Positions 1 through 10,512 of a stretch of DNA of 64,000 nucleotides are shown here, one piece after another. The translations under genes were made by a program, and so were the position numbers. The stretch lies in NCBI GenBank assembly GCA_000002445.1, contig CH464491.1, positions 1 to 64,000 of the forward strand. Reading direction: 5' to 3'. The notes below the pieces were generated by a model. It searched no databases and was not told the DNA's origin. It saw only the letters and a list, made by a program, of their open reading frames with translations. Position 1 is the stretch's first letter, and each line of letters opens with the position of its first letter. This stretch comes from Trypanosoma brucei (Eukaryota).

Positions 1-285
1 TACCCCTAACCCTAACCCTAACCCTAACCCTAACCCTAACCCTAACCCTAACCCTAACCCTAACCCTAACCCTAACCCTAACCCTAACCCTAACCCTAAC
101 CCTAACCCTAACCCTAACCCTAACCCTAACCCTAACCCTAACCCTAACCCTAACCCTAACCCTAACCCTAACCCTAACCCTAACCCTAACCCTAACCCTA
201 ACCCTAACCCTAACCCTAACCCTAACCCTAACCCTAACCCTAACCCTAACCCTAACCCTAACCCTAACCCTAACCCTAACCCGAA
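1..285. repeat. Telomere: tandem (CCCTAA)n on + strand, i.e. the TTAGGG G-strand is on the - strand running toward position 1; window position 1 is the chromosome terminus side
   Basis: About 47 perfect CCCTAA hexamers read directly from positions 3-282 before the unit changes to the 29-bp repeat. Confidence 0.97.
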
Positions 286-1578
286 CCCGCTAACCCGAAA
301 CACCCTAACCCGAACCCGCTAACCCGAAACACCCTAACCCGAACCCGCTAACCCGAAACACCCTAACCCGAACCCGCTAACCCGAAACACCCTAACCCGA
401 ACCCGCTAACCCGAAACACCCTAACCCGAACCCGCTAACCCGAAACACCCTAACCCGAACCCGCTAACCCGAAACACCCTAACCCGAACCCGCTAACCCG
501 AAACACCCTAACCCGAACCCGCTAACCCGAAACACCCTAACCCGAACCCGCTAACCCGAAACACCCTAACCCGAACCCGCTAACCCGAAACACCCTAACC
601 CGAACCCGCTAACCCGAAACACCCTAACCCGAACCCGCTAACCCGAAACACCCTAACCCGAACCCGCTAACCCGAAACACCCTAACCCGAACCCGCTAAC
701 CCGAAACACCCTAACCCGAACCCGCTAACCCGAAACACCCTAACCCGAACCCGCTAACCCGAAACACCCTAACCCGAACCCGCTAACCCGAAACACCCTA
801 ACCCGAACCCGCTAACCCGAAACACCCTAACCCGAACCCGCTAACCCGAAACACCCTAACCCGAACCCGCTAACCCGAAACACCCTAACCCGAACCCGCT
901 AACCCGAAACACCCTAACCCGAACCCGCTAACCCGAAACACCCTAACCCGAACCCGCTAACCCGAAACACCCTAACCCGAACCCGCTAACCCGAAACACC
1001 CTAACCCGAACCCGCTAACCCGAAACACCCTAACCCGAACCCGCTAACCCGAAACACCCTAACCCGAACCCGCTAACCCGAAACACCCTAACCCGAACCC
1101 GCTAACCCGAAACACCCTAACCCGAACCCGCTAACCCGAAACACCCTAACCCGAACCCGCTAACCCGAAACACCCTAACCCGAACCCGCTAACCCGAAAC
1201 ACCCTAACCCGAACCCGCTAACCCGAAACACCCTAACCCGAACCCGCTAACCCGAAACACCCTAACCCGAACCCGCTAACCCGAAACACCCTAACCCGAA
1301 CCCGCTAACCCGAAACACCCTAACCCGAACCCGCTAACCCGAAACACCCTAACCCGAACCCGCTAACCCGAAACACCCTAACCCGAACCCGCTAACCCGA
1401 AACACCCTAACCCGAACCCGCTAACCCGAAACACCCTAACCCGAACCCGCTAACCCGAAACACCCTAACCCGAACCCGCTAACCCGAAACACCCTAACCC
1501 GAACCCGCTAACCCGAAACACCCTAACCCGAACCCGCTAACCCGAAACACCCTAACCCGAACCCGCTAACCCGAAACA
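283..1578. repeat. Subtelomeric 29-bp repeat array (unit CCCTAACCCGAACCCGCTAACCCGAAACA, ~45 near-identical copies), a telomere-derived repeat of the kind adjacent to T. brucei telomeres
   Basis: The unit was read off directly and is essentially perfectly repeated from 283 to ~1578. The last unit ends ...cccgaaacaGCGAGCC. Confidence 0.9.
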
Positions 1579-2600
1579 GCGAGCCTTGAGTGTCGAACAA
1601 AAATAGCCGCAAAAAAAGACGCTGTCGGGCGATAGGAAAAAAAGCTGTTAAAAATTTTAACAATGGTGAAAAATGTGCAAAAAATCAAAGTCCAAAAAAA
1701 ATTTTTAAAAACTGGGAGGCGAAAAAAAAAAACAGTCAAAAATTCAAATTCGAAACAAGTAAAACAAGATTTTAAAAAAGCTAGACGCGAAAACCGATGT
1801 TAAAAATTAAAAATTAAAAAGTGGAGGTGCGTGCGCGTCGGGGGGCGGGGGGGAGGAGGGTTAGGGTCCGCATAACAAAATTGCCGCTGCATGGCTGAAA
1901 AAAAAATAACCAAAAACCAAAAAATTAAATAAAGATTAGGAAAAAAAAATTAAAAAAATTCAAAGGCCAAAAAAAAAAAATTAAAAAAAAGAGGTGCGTT
2001 TGCGGGGGGTGCGCGGGGGGCGGGGGGGAGGAGGGTTAGGGTCCGCATAATAAAATTGCTGCTGCATTGCTAAAATGAAAAAAATTAGCAATTTAAAAAA
2101 AATGTGAAAAAATTCGAAATGAAAAAAAAAAAATTGAACGTCAGGGCGAAAAAAAAGTGGAGGTGCTTGCGCTAAAAAAAAATAATAAATCGTGAAAAAA
2201 AACTGGAGGTGTCGCGGCGGCGCTGGGGGTGCGGGGGGGGAGGAGGGTTAGGGTCTGCATAACAAAACAGCCGCTGCACCGCTAATTTAAAAAAAAAAAT
2301 GTAAGCAAACAAACCGTCAAAAATTCAAATGCAAAAAAGTCTAAAAACAATGCGAAAAATTAAAAAACAGGTGCGGGGGGTGCGCGGGGGGCGGGGGGGG
2401 AGGAGGGTTAGGGTCCGCATAACAAAAGAGCCGCTGCATGGCTTTAAAAAAAAAAAACCACAAACCGCGCAAAAAACCGAAAACTAAAAAAAATGATTAG
2501 AAAAATGTATGAAAGAAAATCACATCGCAATAAAAAACAATAAAAGCAGCCGCTGCATCACTAAAAGACTAAAAAAACGAAAAAAAGAAAAGAGGAAAAT
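1579..2600. repeat. A-rich spacer containing 4 copies (plus one partial) of a ~75-nt G-rich element, core GGGGGGGAGGAGGGTTAGGGTCCGCATAACAAAA(N)GCCGCTGCA. Copies lie at ~1826-1896, 1993-2073, 2208-2285 and 2370-2445, with a partial at ~2548-2565
   Basis: The same GC-rich core, with embedded GGGTTAGGG, is seen four times at 160-215 bp spacing, separated by poly(A)-rich sequence. Confidence 0.6.
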
Positions 2601-2603
2601 TAA

Positions 2604-2720
2604 CCCTAACCGAGTAACCCTAATCCTAATCCTAACCCTAACCCTAACCCTAGCCCTAATCCTAAGCCTAACCCCCCTAACTAACCCCCCTAACTAACCT
2701 ACCTAACTACCCCCCCACCA
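2604..2720. repeat. Degenerate interstitial telomere-like tract (CCCTAA / CCTAAT / CCCTAG / CCTAAG variants decaying into CCCCCCTAACTAA units)
   Basis: Read directly: ccctaaccgagtaaccctaatcctaatcctaaccctaaccctaaccctagccctaatcctaagcctaacccccctaactaacccccctaactaacc. Confidence 0.7.
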
Positions 2721-2851
2721 CCTACAAAAATTAAAAAACGGGAAAAAAAAGAAAGAAAAAATTTTTTAGTTGCCAGAAAAAAAATTTACAGACTCAGAAT
2801 TTTTTACAAACTTACAAAACACACAGTTCAAATTTTTCGGTGGAATTTAAA

Positions 2852-2886
2852 GATGTTAAAATATATCAGAAGTTTTCAAGTAGCAA
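2852..2886 (-). promoter_or_regulatory. Conserved VSG 3'UTR elements: 16-mer (TGATATATTTTAACAT on - strand, one mismatch to TGATATATTTTAACAC) and the upstream 8/9-mer TTGCTACTT separated by GAAAACTTC
   Basis: The reverse complement of + 2852-2886 is TTGCTACTTGAAAACTTCTGATATATTTTAACATC. This matches, from memory, the conserved 3'UTR block of T. brucei VSG mRNAs, which is required for VSG mRNA stability. Confidence 0.85.
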
Positions 2887-2911
2887 AAATTTTAAAAAGA
2901 GGGGGTAAAAA

Positions 2912-4348
2912 TTAAAAAAGCAAAAATGCAAGCAAAAGAGGGGCTTTGTTAATGACAAAAGAATTGCTTGCTGTGGTGTTTGTAGTTCCAGGTTTCTCAT
3001 CTTTCCCTTCTGTTTCTTGGTTTGCTTTTTCTGCTGCTTTTTGTTTCCCTTCCTCACTCAATGTGCACTTTGGTTCTTCTTTTTTTGTTTCATCATATTT
3101 GCATTTTTTGTCAGCATTGCATGTTTTTGCATCTTTTATTTCGTTACATAGTTGCTCTGGGGTTTTATTTTTACCCTTGGATTCAGTGTCATCCAATCTT
3201 GTTTGTAGCTCTGTCAATCTCTTGCTCAGTTGCAATTGGTAGTGATACAGTATTGTAAGTAGCGTCTCTGTATCTTCTATTGCCCCCAATGTCGTTGGCT
3301 CAGCTTGTTTGCCTGTTTTGGCGGGTATCGGAAATTTCTCAATTTTTGCTATGAACTCTTTCCACTTTGCGTCGTCTTTTCCGCCAAAGTAAGAGGTCAC
3401 TTGTGCCTCTACATCTGCGTCGGCTGCCTCTGCTTTTTTAAGGTTGACTGTTCTGATCGCTTCGCTGACTAAGTTGTAATTTTTGATTTCGCCAGTAGTG
3501 TTGGTGAAGGCTGGATCCTCTGCTTGCGGTGGGAGCTTGTTTTTCGACCATGCGTTGTACCACGCCGGGTGCGTATTGGCGTGCTCTTGGGTCATTGTTT
3601 GTACGCTGTTTATGCTCAGCGCGTTGGCGCTGTTTGGAATTGTTAGGTAGCCGTCTAGCACCTTGAAGTTTGCTGCCAGCGCTGAGCCGTCTCCTAGGCC
3701 ATTGTTTGTGTGGCCGCTGGCAAGTGTGCACTTCCCGCTTGAGTGCTGTTCGTCGTCTCCGGATATCCTATGCGCCAGCTGGGGAAAGCCGTTGGCAGTT
3801 ATATGGGTTGGTTGTATGCCGCTGCTGCTTGCCCCTGTTAGTTTCAGTTTGCATTCCGTGCCGCCAAGCCTGTTTTGAGTTATGGTCGCCGCCGCTGACC
3901 CGGCATTTGTTAGCAGGCAGCCGTCGCTGCCGCCTTGGTTTACGTTAGACCATAACGATAAGTATTCATCTACATGCCCTTTGAGGTACGTTGCCGCGCT
4001 TGCGGTTTCGATGGCTGCTTGTATTGACGTTGTCCTTAGTTTAGAAAGGGAGGCCTGCACCTTGCTGCTGTAGTAAAGTTCTGCTAAAGCCGTTGGCGTT
4101 GCTTCTTTTGTTCCTGCCATCGCTAAGCCATAAATTTGTGCCCTCAGGGTGGCGCGCTGCATGAGTTCGACTTGGCTCGTTGCCGATTGTAGGTCTGAAA
4201 TTGCTTTGTGCGGTTTGCTATCCAGCTCTTCGGAGAGTCCACAAAGCGGTTTCCAGAAAGCTGGAAGCATCCCCTTTTGCGCCGTCGCGTCTACGGCCGC
4301 TAGTTGCTGCATTATTAAAAGCGCAACAGCAAACAAATAGTTGATCAT
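2912..4348 (-). CDS. VSG: Variant surface glycoprotein (VSG), 478 aa. N-terminal signal peptide (MINYLFAVALLIMQQLAAVDA), A-type N-terminal domain with 4 Cys, and a single 4-Cys C-terminal subdomain (CNEIKDAKTCNADKKCKYDETKKEEPKC). The 17-residue GPI signal NSFVINKAPLLLAFLLF follows a Ser omega site, which is class/type 2. A candidate spliced-leader acceptor AG lies at ~4435/4436 (- strand), preceded by a pyrimidine-rich tract at ~4459-4495
   Basis: Intact ORF. The canonical 3'UTR 16-mer and 8-mer lie immediately downstream. The GPI signal is almost identical to the type-2 VSG tail SNSFVI(H/N)KAPL(F/L)LAFLLF. It is transcribed toward the telomere. Confidence 0.9.
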   Translation of the reverse strand: MINYLFAVALLIMQQLAAVDATAQKGMLPAFWKPLCGLSEELDSKPHKAISDLQSATSQVELMQRATLRAQIYGLAMAGTKEATPTALAELYYSSKVQASLSKLRTTSIQAAIETASAATYLKGHVDEYLSLWSNVNQGGSDGCLLTNAGSAAATITQNRLGGTECKLKLTGASSSGIQPTHITANGFPQLAHRISGDDEQHSSGKCTLASGHTNNGLGDGSALAANFKVLDGYLTIPNSANALSINSVQTMTQEHANTHPAWYNAWSKNKLPPQAEDPAFTNTTGEIKNYNLVSEAIRTVNLKKAEAADADVEAQVTSYFGGKDDAKWKEFIAKIEKFPIPAKTGKQAEPTTLGAIEDTETLLTILYHYQLQLSKRLTELQTRLDDTESKGKNKTPEQLCNEIKDAKTCNADKKCKYDETKKEEPKCTLSEEGKQKAAEKANQETEGKDEKPGTTNTTASNSFVINKAPLLLAFLLF

Positions 4349-6119
4349 TGCTTGATTACCTTCGCCGGTGCTTGAAATTTACGAAGAGTGTCAAATCATG
4401 ATGTTGCAAGGATTGAACGGACATTTTTTTTAGCCTGCATCTCGCCGGTATGTTAGTTGTGTGAACAAAAGAAGAGAGCTGTAGAGCAGTAGCACCGTTT
4501 TTACTCTGTTTGTACACTGGCTTCTTACCAGGTTGAGTTGCTCGTAATCCATGTGCTGCTTAGCGCCTCTGCGATAGCCGTTGTAACTTCCATTACTTAT
4601 CCTGAAAACAATCTCTGCCTCATTTTCCCCTTCACCTATATGCTCTTCTAATGTTAAATACTTAGAATACCCCATAGGCGTGCCATAGCGCTTGTCAAAA
4701 GCGCACACCTTCTCGGAATCGACAGCCTTCCACCATTATGTTTCTCAAAATCAGTTCGGTTGCTAACTAAGGTCGTTGTCTTATTCAACGTTGTTGAAAA
4801 TTTAGTTACTTTGCCCGCCGTGCAATTTTTGTCGTTAGCGCATTCGGTTGTCGTCCTGGGTTGGTGTTGCTTGTGGTGGCGCCGTTTGTCACCGTAGAGC
4901 CACCTACAGAAAAAGAAACAAAAGGAGAAAAGTTAGAAATATAGAAGCTTCTGCGTTCTTTTCTGTTAAATGAAATTTAGAACAGACTTTTCCTTTCTTT
5001 CTCCTGGATTAAGTAAAAGACACTCAGGTATGGCATAGAACTTTCACTTTAAAAGGTAATTTGTATCATTTTATATTTATGCCATCTAGAGTATCAATAA
5101 TTTCTACACTTCACTCTCTTCTACCATAATTCAAGATGCCTGTGCATTTTTCACTCGCCAAAATCATGTAACGCTGCCACTTTCTCGAATAAAATTGATC
5201 TTCTGTTTCTTATTGTTAATCATTTTGTTTCGGTGTAAGGCGCTTCGCAATAATACTATGTAATGTATGGCCCCAAAATTCTACCCTTGCTGTTTTTGTT
5301 CTGCTAATACTGGACGCTAGCTCTCCATTCGCTATCTTTATTATGAAAACTACTCAATTATTAAATAAAATAATCTCTGGAAAACCCCTAGTAGGGAATT
5401 TAAGGCGTGTCACCATTGTTCCTTTCCTTTTTATAGCATTAGTGCGTAGGTTGATACATGTGCTATTTCAAGCAGGTTCAACGTCTTTGTTCCTCTTTTT
5501 CTGTAAATAATAATCCATTAGCAATCCCAGGTATTAAATCCGCGTAGCGACCATATTATATAGAAGCTATCAAGTGTTAGTCATTATTACTATATCTGAT
5601 TAAAAGATATTTTGACATTACCTCACACTTAGCCAATTCTTTCTTGTTGTTACTGCTTCTCACATATACATATTAAGATCTACAATCAGATTGAAAACAT
5701 CATTGTACACCATCTCTACAGCAGAATATATCCATTTCTGCTGGGGATAGGGCGTATTGTGTCATCCTTCTATATTATCTTTTCTATACGACGCTGTCAT
5801 ACATAGAGGTTTCATTCCATTTTTAATTGCTTTTTTTACCGTCTACTGTCATTTTTTGCAAATAAAGTAGCGGTCCTATTTAGGCTGTACACTGGATTTT
5901 CTCTCTCCATCATTTTCTTTTCTATCACTTCCTTGTGTGTAATAATTCCCATATTCTATTTACATCTCTTTATATATGTCTATTTGTGTTTCATTTAATA
6001 CTATTTCTCGTGCTCTCCTTCATACTGTCCCACACACATATTCCCATCGCACACTTTCCAATTTTAAAGTGCCCCTACTGTTTCCGATCGTTCAGTCTTC
6101 AACAACACTCTTAACATAA

Positions 6120-6562
6120 TATTAGTATGTACACACTCATAATACTCTCCTATTATTATTATTATTATTACTGCTCTTATTATAATATTCGTATATACAC
6201 ACACTCACAACACTCTCCTATTATTATCATTATTATTATCATTATTATTATTATCATTATTATTATTACTGCTCTCATTATAATATTCGTATATACACAC
6301 ACTCACAACACTCTCCTATTATCATTACTATCATCATTATTATTACTACTCTTATTATAATATTCGTATATATACACTCACAACACGCTCCTATTATTAT
6401 TATTATTATTATCATTATTATTACTGCTCTTATTATAATACTGGTGTATACACACTCACAACACTCTACTATTATTATCATTATTATTAGTATAATTATT
6501 ACTGCTCTTATTATAATATTCGTATATACACACTCACAACACTTTCCTATCATCATTATTAC

Positions 6563-6595
<33 letters not shown>

Positions 6596-6670
6596 TGCTC
6601 TTATTATAATATTCGTATACTCACACTCACAATACACTCCTATTATCATTATTATCATTATTATTATTAT
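6120..6670 (-). repeat. 70-bp repeat array: about 7 imperfect units of 70-95 bp, each a (TAA)n/(TTA)n triplet run followed by GAGTGTTGTGAGTGTGTGTATATACGAATATTATAATAAGAGCAGTAAT on the - strand
   Basis: The unit recurs at ~6127, 6195, 6290, 6365, 6445, 6520 and 6600. Its orientation matches that of the VSG, as in expression sites and silent VSG cassettes. Confidence 0.85.
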
Positions 6671-7994
6671 TTTAGAACACCCGTGTCAAGGGCATATAAA
6701 ATAGCTATGAAAATATCTTTTCTAAAAACGTTATTGATTATTTGGATGAATAAGCAAAATGGCACGTATTCTAACGCCTTTTGTATGATTGTTGTGGAGA
6801 ATAACCCTGTATGGAAAAGAAACAAGTGCACATATGAAACCTTCCGCCAATATTAACTCTCTGATCTTGCGTCACACTCCTCTTCAATTCTCTCCAGTTT
6901 TAGCGAATATTTGCATTTTGTGTGAACCCACACTCATCATAAATGTTATATGTCGCTTTGGAATTTCCTGCTGTTAAACTTCGTCAGTAGTGCGTCCACA
7001 TTTTTTACTTTTGCACAGAAAAACCGATGCGAGTATACCATCAACTTTTAAATAGTTTTTAAAAAAAACTGTGATTATGGTTTCAAAATCGTTGGAGAAC
7101 TTTTATGATTCTTAAGTCATGGGTGCCGAAAAACATGAGAAATGAAAGTCAACCTTCTCTTTCTTTTTAGTAAAAAAAAACTAGCCTTTTTCATTTCCCT
7201 AATGTGCTTCCGCGATCCACAATCTGCTCAAGAAACTTCTGAGGTCATCACCAGTATTTCTCTATCATCCTCTGTAAGGTTAGTTGCAAATTAAAAGCCC
7301 CTCGACTTCAAATCTTACAGCAAACTTTCCTCCATTCTAAGGTCTTTACTGCGTGTGAGTTCGAGCACAGAGTCTTGCTAAACACTTAATTTCTTGTAGC
7401 TATTTTTTGGGTTTGACAAGTCTTCTCGCCATGTTAAGTCCGTATGTCTCTCTTTTTCACATCTGCTCCATCAATCTTGAAATGATTCGTCAGCTAAACT
7501 GCTGCTACAATGACTTTCTATGGATTTATAAAAAAAATTGCACTATTTGCGGTGCGAACCGTACCGGACCCAATGCCCAGCATCAACATTGATAAGAAGG
7601 TTATCTAATTCTTTCTCAGAAGTATTAAAAGTTTAGCATCCAACCACTTTTTTTTTACCATTTATATCCGTTGCGCACTGTTAATTCTACCACAAAAACG
7701 GTAGAAAGCAATACAGAACTTCAGCAATTCGTCAGTAGCAGACCGATGATGTAGCCATTACCGAAAGCGCAATTAGTTGTATAAAAGGTAATTAGAGCCA
7801 CCGTTGTCACTACCAGAACCCCCGCTGTTGCCCCTCGACCATGTTTTCGCAGTTGTTCACGCATTCAGCATTACTTACCCCAAACAAATGAGAAACATTC
7901 CGTGATATTCGTCTGTCGGTGCTTGCGTTCCGATCAGTAGCCGCCGCAGGTGTTACATTTTCACTATCTTCCGTGGGTTGCGGCATCATGAACA

Positions 7995-8420
7995 CCCTGG
8001 CGATGCCGGCCACCTCAACGTGGTGCCAGAGTCCAGTACCCCGTATAATCGGGGGAAGCCAAGAGCCAGCAGCGTTCCTTTCATGGGGAACACTGCTTTG
8101 CTCCGGCTACGGCATCATACAGCACAGGGATCAGCAGCGTCTTGCTGGGACATCTTTGTTCATTTTCGGTGCCTGGGCACGTGCCAGCGTGCCATCAGCA
8201 GTATCATCCGCACTAAGATGCTGCTGTCCGGTGATGTGGAAGAGAATCCCGGCCCGTCGTTGCGCGGGATGCAGTGGAACTGCGCCGGGCTATCTCAAGA
8301 AAAGAGATTAGCATCTTGGACACCGGAGAGATGTATTTGCGGTGGCCAAGATGCTAATCCAAAGGATAATGGAGACTCTGCTTTGCGTTTGGACCGACGT
8401 CAACTTTTTTGTATTTGAAA
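7995..8420 (+). mobile_element. ingi: 5'-terminal fragment of an ingi-type non-LTR retrotransposon. The Pr77 hallmark 5' end is CCCTGGCGATGCCGGCCACCTCAACGTGGTGCCAGAGTCCAGTACCCCGTATAATCGGGGGAAGCCAAGAGCCAGCAGCG. Reading continues past the RIME breakpoint into an in-frame 2A-like peptide, DVEENPGP, at ~8236-8262. The 3' limit is uncertain
   Basis: Near-identical in inverted orientation to 10265-10512. The Pr77 and 2A-like motifs are characteristic of trypanosome ingi/L1Tc elements. Confidence 0.7.
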
Positions 8421-10009
8421 TAGTCAGTAGTATGATTTTTACCTTATCCCTCGCTTCTTGGTATAACTCTCGTTTTTGCGTCAAGAATCTCCCCTTAAGC
8501 ACATTTGGTTGGGTAATGGGGTTCTTCCGGCGAAGTACGCAAGTTGGGTTCTAACATGGGTAAACTTGGAAAGTAGGATTTGTGCCGACAACTCTTCACG
8601 GCGCGCATTGGTTTGATTCCCTCAGGAAGCCTATCTTCACCTGATCTTCCTCATTTCAGCGGCTCCAGAAATTGCCACTTTACAAAAACGAGGCAAGAAC
8701 GGCCAAGCAGTATTTTTGGATTAGGCTTGGGATCAGCTCAGGCCATTTCCGGGCAAATGACAGACCACATATCTCCGATCTTTTATAGGCTTATGGCGAA
8801 AGAGGAATGTAGAATTGTTGTCGTAACCAAAAATGCTACGGTAAAAATGCCGCTTCCAACCACCCCGCAGGCAATGGGGACAGCGACAGATAAAACCACC
8901 CGATTTGTTACACTACAAGAAGCGTGATAAATGCAACCGGTAACATACGTGTGTGGCTGCATGTTTGAAGTGAAATGGGTGGCGCCCAACTCTCTGGTGA
9001 GCAGTGGCTTCAACAGGCATCTTTTTCATAGTGCCATTTTGTGTGCCAGAACAGGTCCGAATGTACGTGAACGCACTCTGTTTTTTATCTTGCGGTTGGT
9101 AATGCGCAGTCCATTAGCCCTGAAACTGCCTCCTGCAAATAAGTTCACCATTGAAGAGGGCGTGGGCGCCAGAAGGGCCCCGTGGACGAAAGGAAAGGTG
9201 GAAATCGCTAACAAAATACTGTACCCCGCGGCTGCGGACTTGAAACCACCGGTAAAAACAGTTGCATTCACAGACCATACCTTCGTACATTGACAAAATG
9301 ACTTGTTAAGCGACCGGGCCAGGTCAGTTCGGTTGACGGACAACCTGTAGGTCCGACACTTGGAGCTAACGGAAAACGCGTCACTCACATTTTTTTTTTT
9401 TTAAAAGGCACCTGTATAACAGATATTCGAAAATCAGCCTTAAAGTTTTATGAAGGACAAACATCTTTAAACAAAAGATGCTGAAGAGCGCGATGGACGT
9501 CACTGCACGCCACCCCTTAGAGGCCAATTGCTGTCTTTTGTTAATTTTTAGTTTGGGGAATTTGAAGAAACGGAGGGAAAGCACTGAATTTCACTTCACG
9601 AGTATCCGCCATTATGAATATAATGAACACACCCCTTCTCCGAGAGTTCGCGTTGGACAACGAAACATAGGAAAAGGAAATTCCAAAAAAAAAAAGGACC
9701 ACTATATGCAAAATAAAAATGAATATTTTAACGAAACTGGAAACTATTTTATACTGCCTCGGAATGGCAAATTTTTTGCTTTCTCGGGAGGGTAGGTTTA
9801 TATTTTCCGCGAGGGTAATCGGTTTTTTTTACGTGTTAAAACAAGACCATATTTTTGACTGCCGTTGGAACTAGTTTTTGTGTCGATGTAGAACTAAGAA
9901 TAGGCTAATAGAAAGGAAACATGTCTTTCATACCGCAGTCTCTGTACTTTCTTGTGTGTCCCACAAAAGAATTTCTAAAATTTTGGCACTACTACGGAAT
10001 CGAGGTAAA

Positions 10010-10512
10010 TTATTTTTTTTAATTTTCTTCGTGCCTTCGTGAGAGTTTCCCCCCACTGGCGCGGCCATCAGCCATCACCGTAGAGCCCTGAGATGCTATC
10101 GGTCTGGCAACTGTGGCAGAGTCTCCCTTTTTCATTCATCCTAACACACTCTCTATATTTTTTGTTGTAGCTCCGCAGATGAACGGAATACAGCAGATGG
10201 GGCGAGAAACCTCCCACCCTGGACTCTCCCGAAGATGCCAATCGGCAATCCTTTTTTTTGGAGTTCCACATCACCGGACAGCAGCATCTTAGTGCGGATG
10301 ATACTGCTGATGGCACGCTAGCCACGTGCCCAGGGACCGACAAATGAAGAACGGTGTCCCAGCAAGACGCTGCTGATCCCTGTGCTGTATGATGCCGTAG
10401 CCGGAGCACAGCAGTGTTCCCCATGACAGGAGCGCTGCTGGCTCTTGGCTTCCCGCGATGATACGAGGCTCTGGACCCTGGCACCACGTTGAGGTGGCCG
10501 GCATCGCCAGGG
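10010..10512 (-). mobile_element. RIME: RIME (about 500 bp). About 248 bp of the ingi 5' end (Pr77) is joined at ...CCGGTGATGTGGAA| to about 240 bp of the ingi 3' end, ending in a short poly(A) (poly-T on the + strand at ~10024-10031)
   Basis: The 5' half aligns to the + copy at 7995-8250 and then diverges exactly where the RIME breakpoint is expected. The total length is ~500 bp. No unambiguous target-site duplication could be read. Confidence 0.75.

Noticed and set aside
1590-2697. Plus-strand ORFs 1590..1775 and 2509..2697, Lys-rich and Leu/Thr-rich
   Set aside because: They are translations of the poly(A)-rich spacer and of degenerate telomere repeats. They are low-complexity with no gene context.
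2946-4340. Several plus-strand ORFs (2946..3242, 3022..3258, 3663..3878, 3670..3948, 3882..4073, 4149..4340) and the small minus ORF 3438..3731
   Set aside because: They are antisense or alternate-frame to the intact VSG CDS and have no independent support.
6127-6704. ORFs 6127..6360 (+), 6278..6658 (-) and 6444..6704 (+) with long poly-Ile runs
   Set aside because: They are artefacts of translating the (TAA)n/(ATT)n triplets inside the 70-bp repeats.
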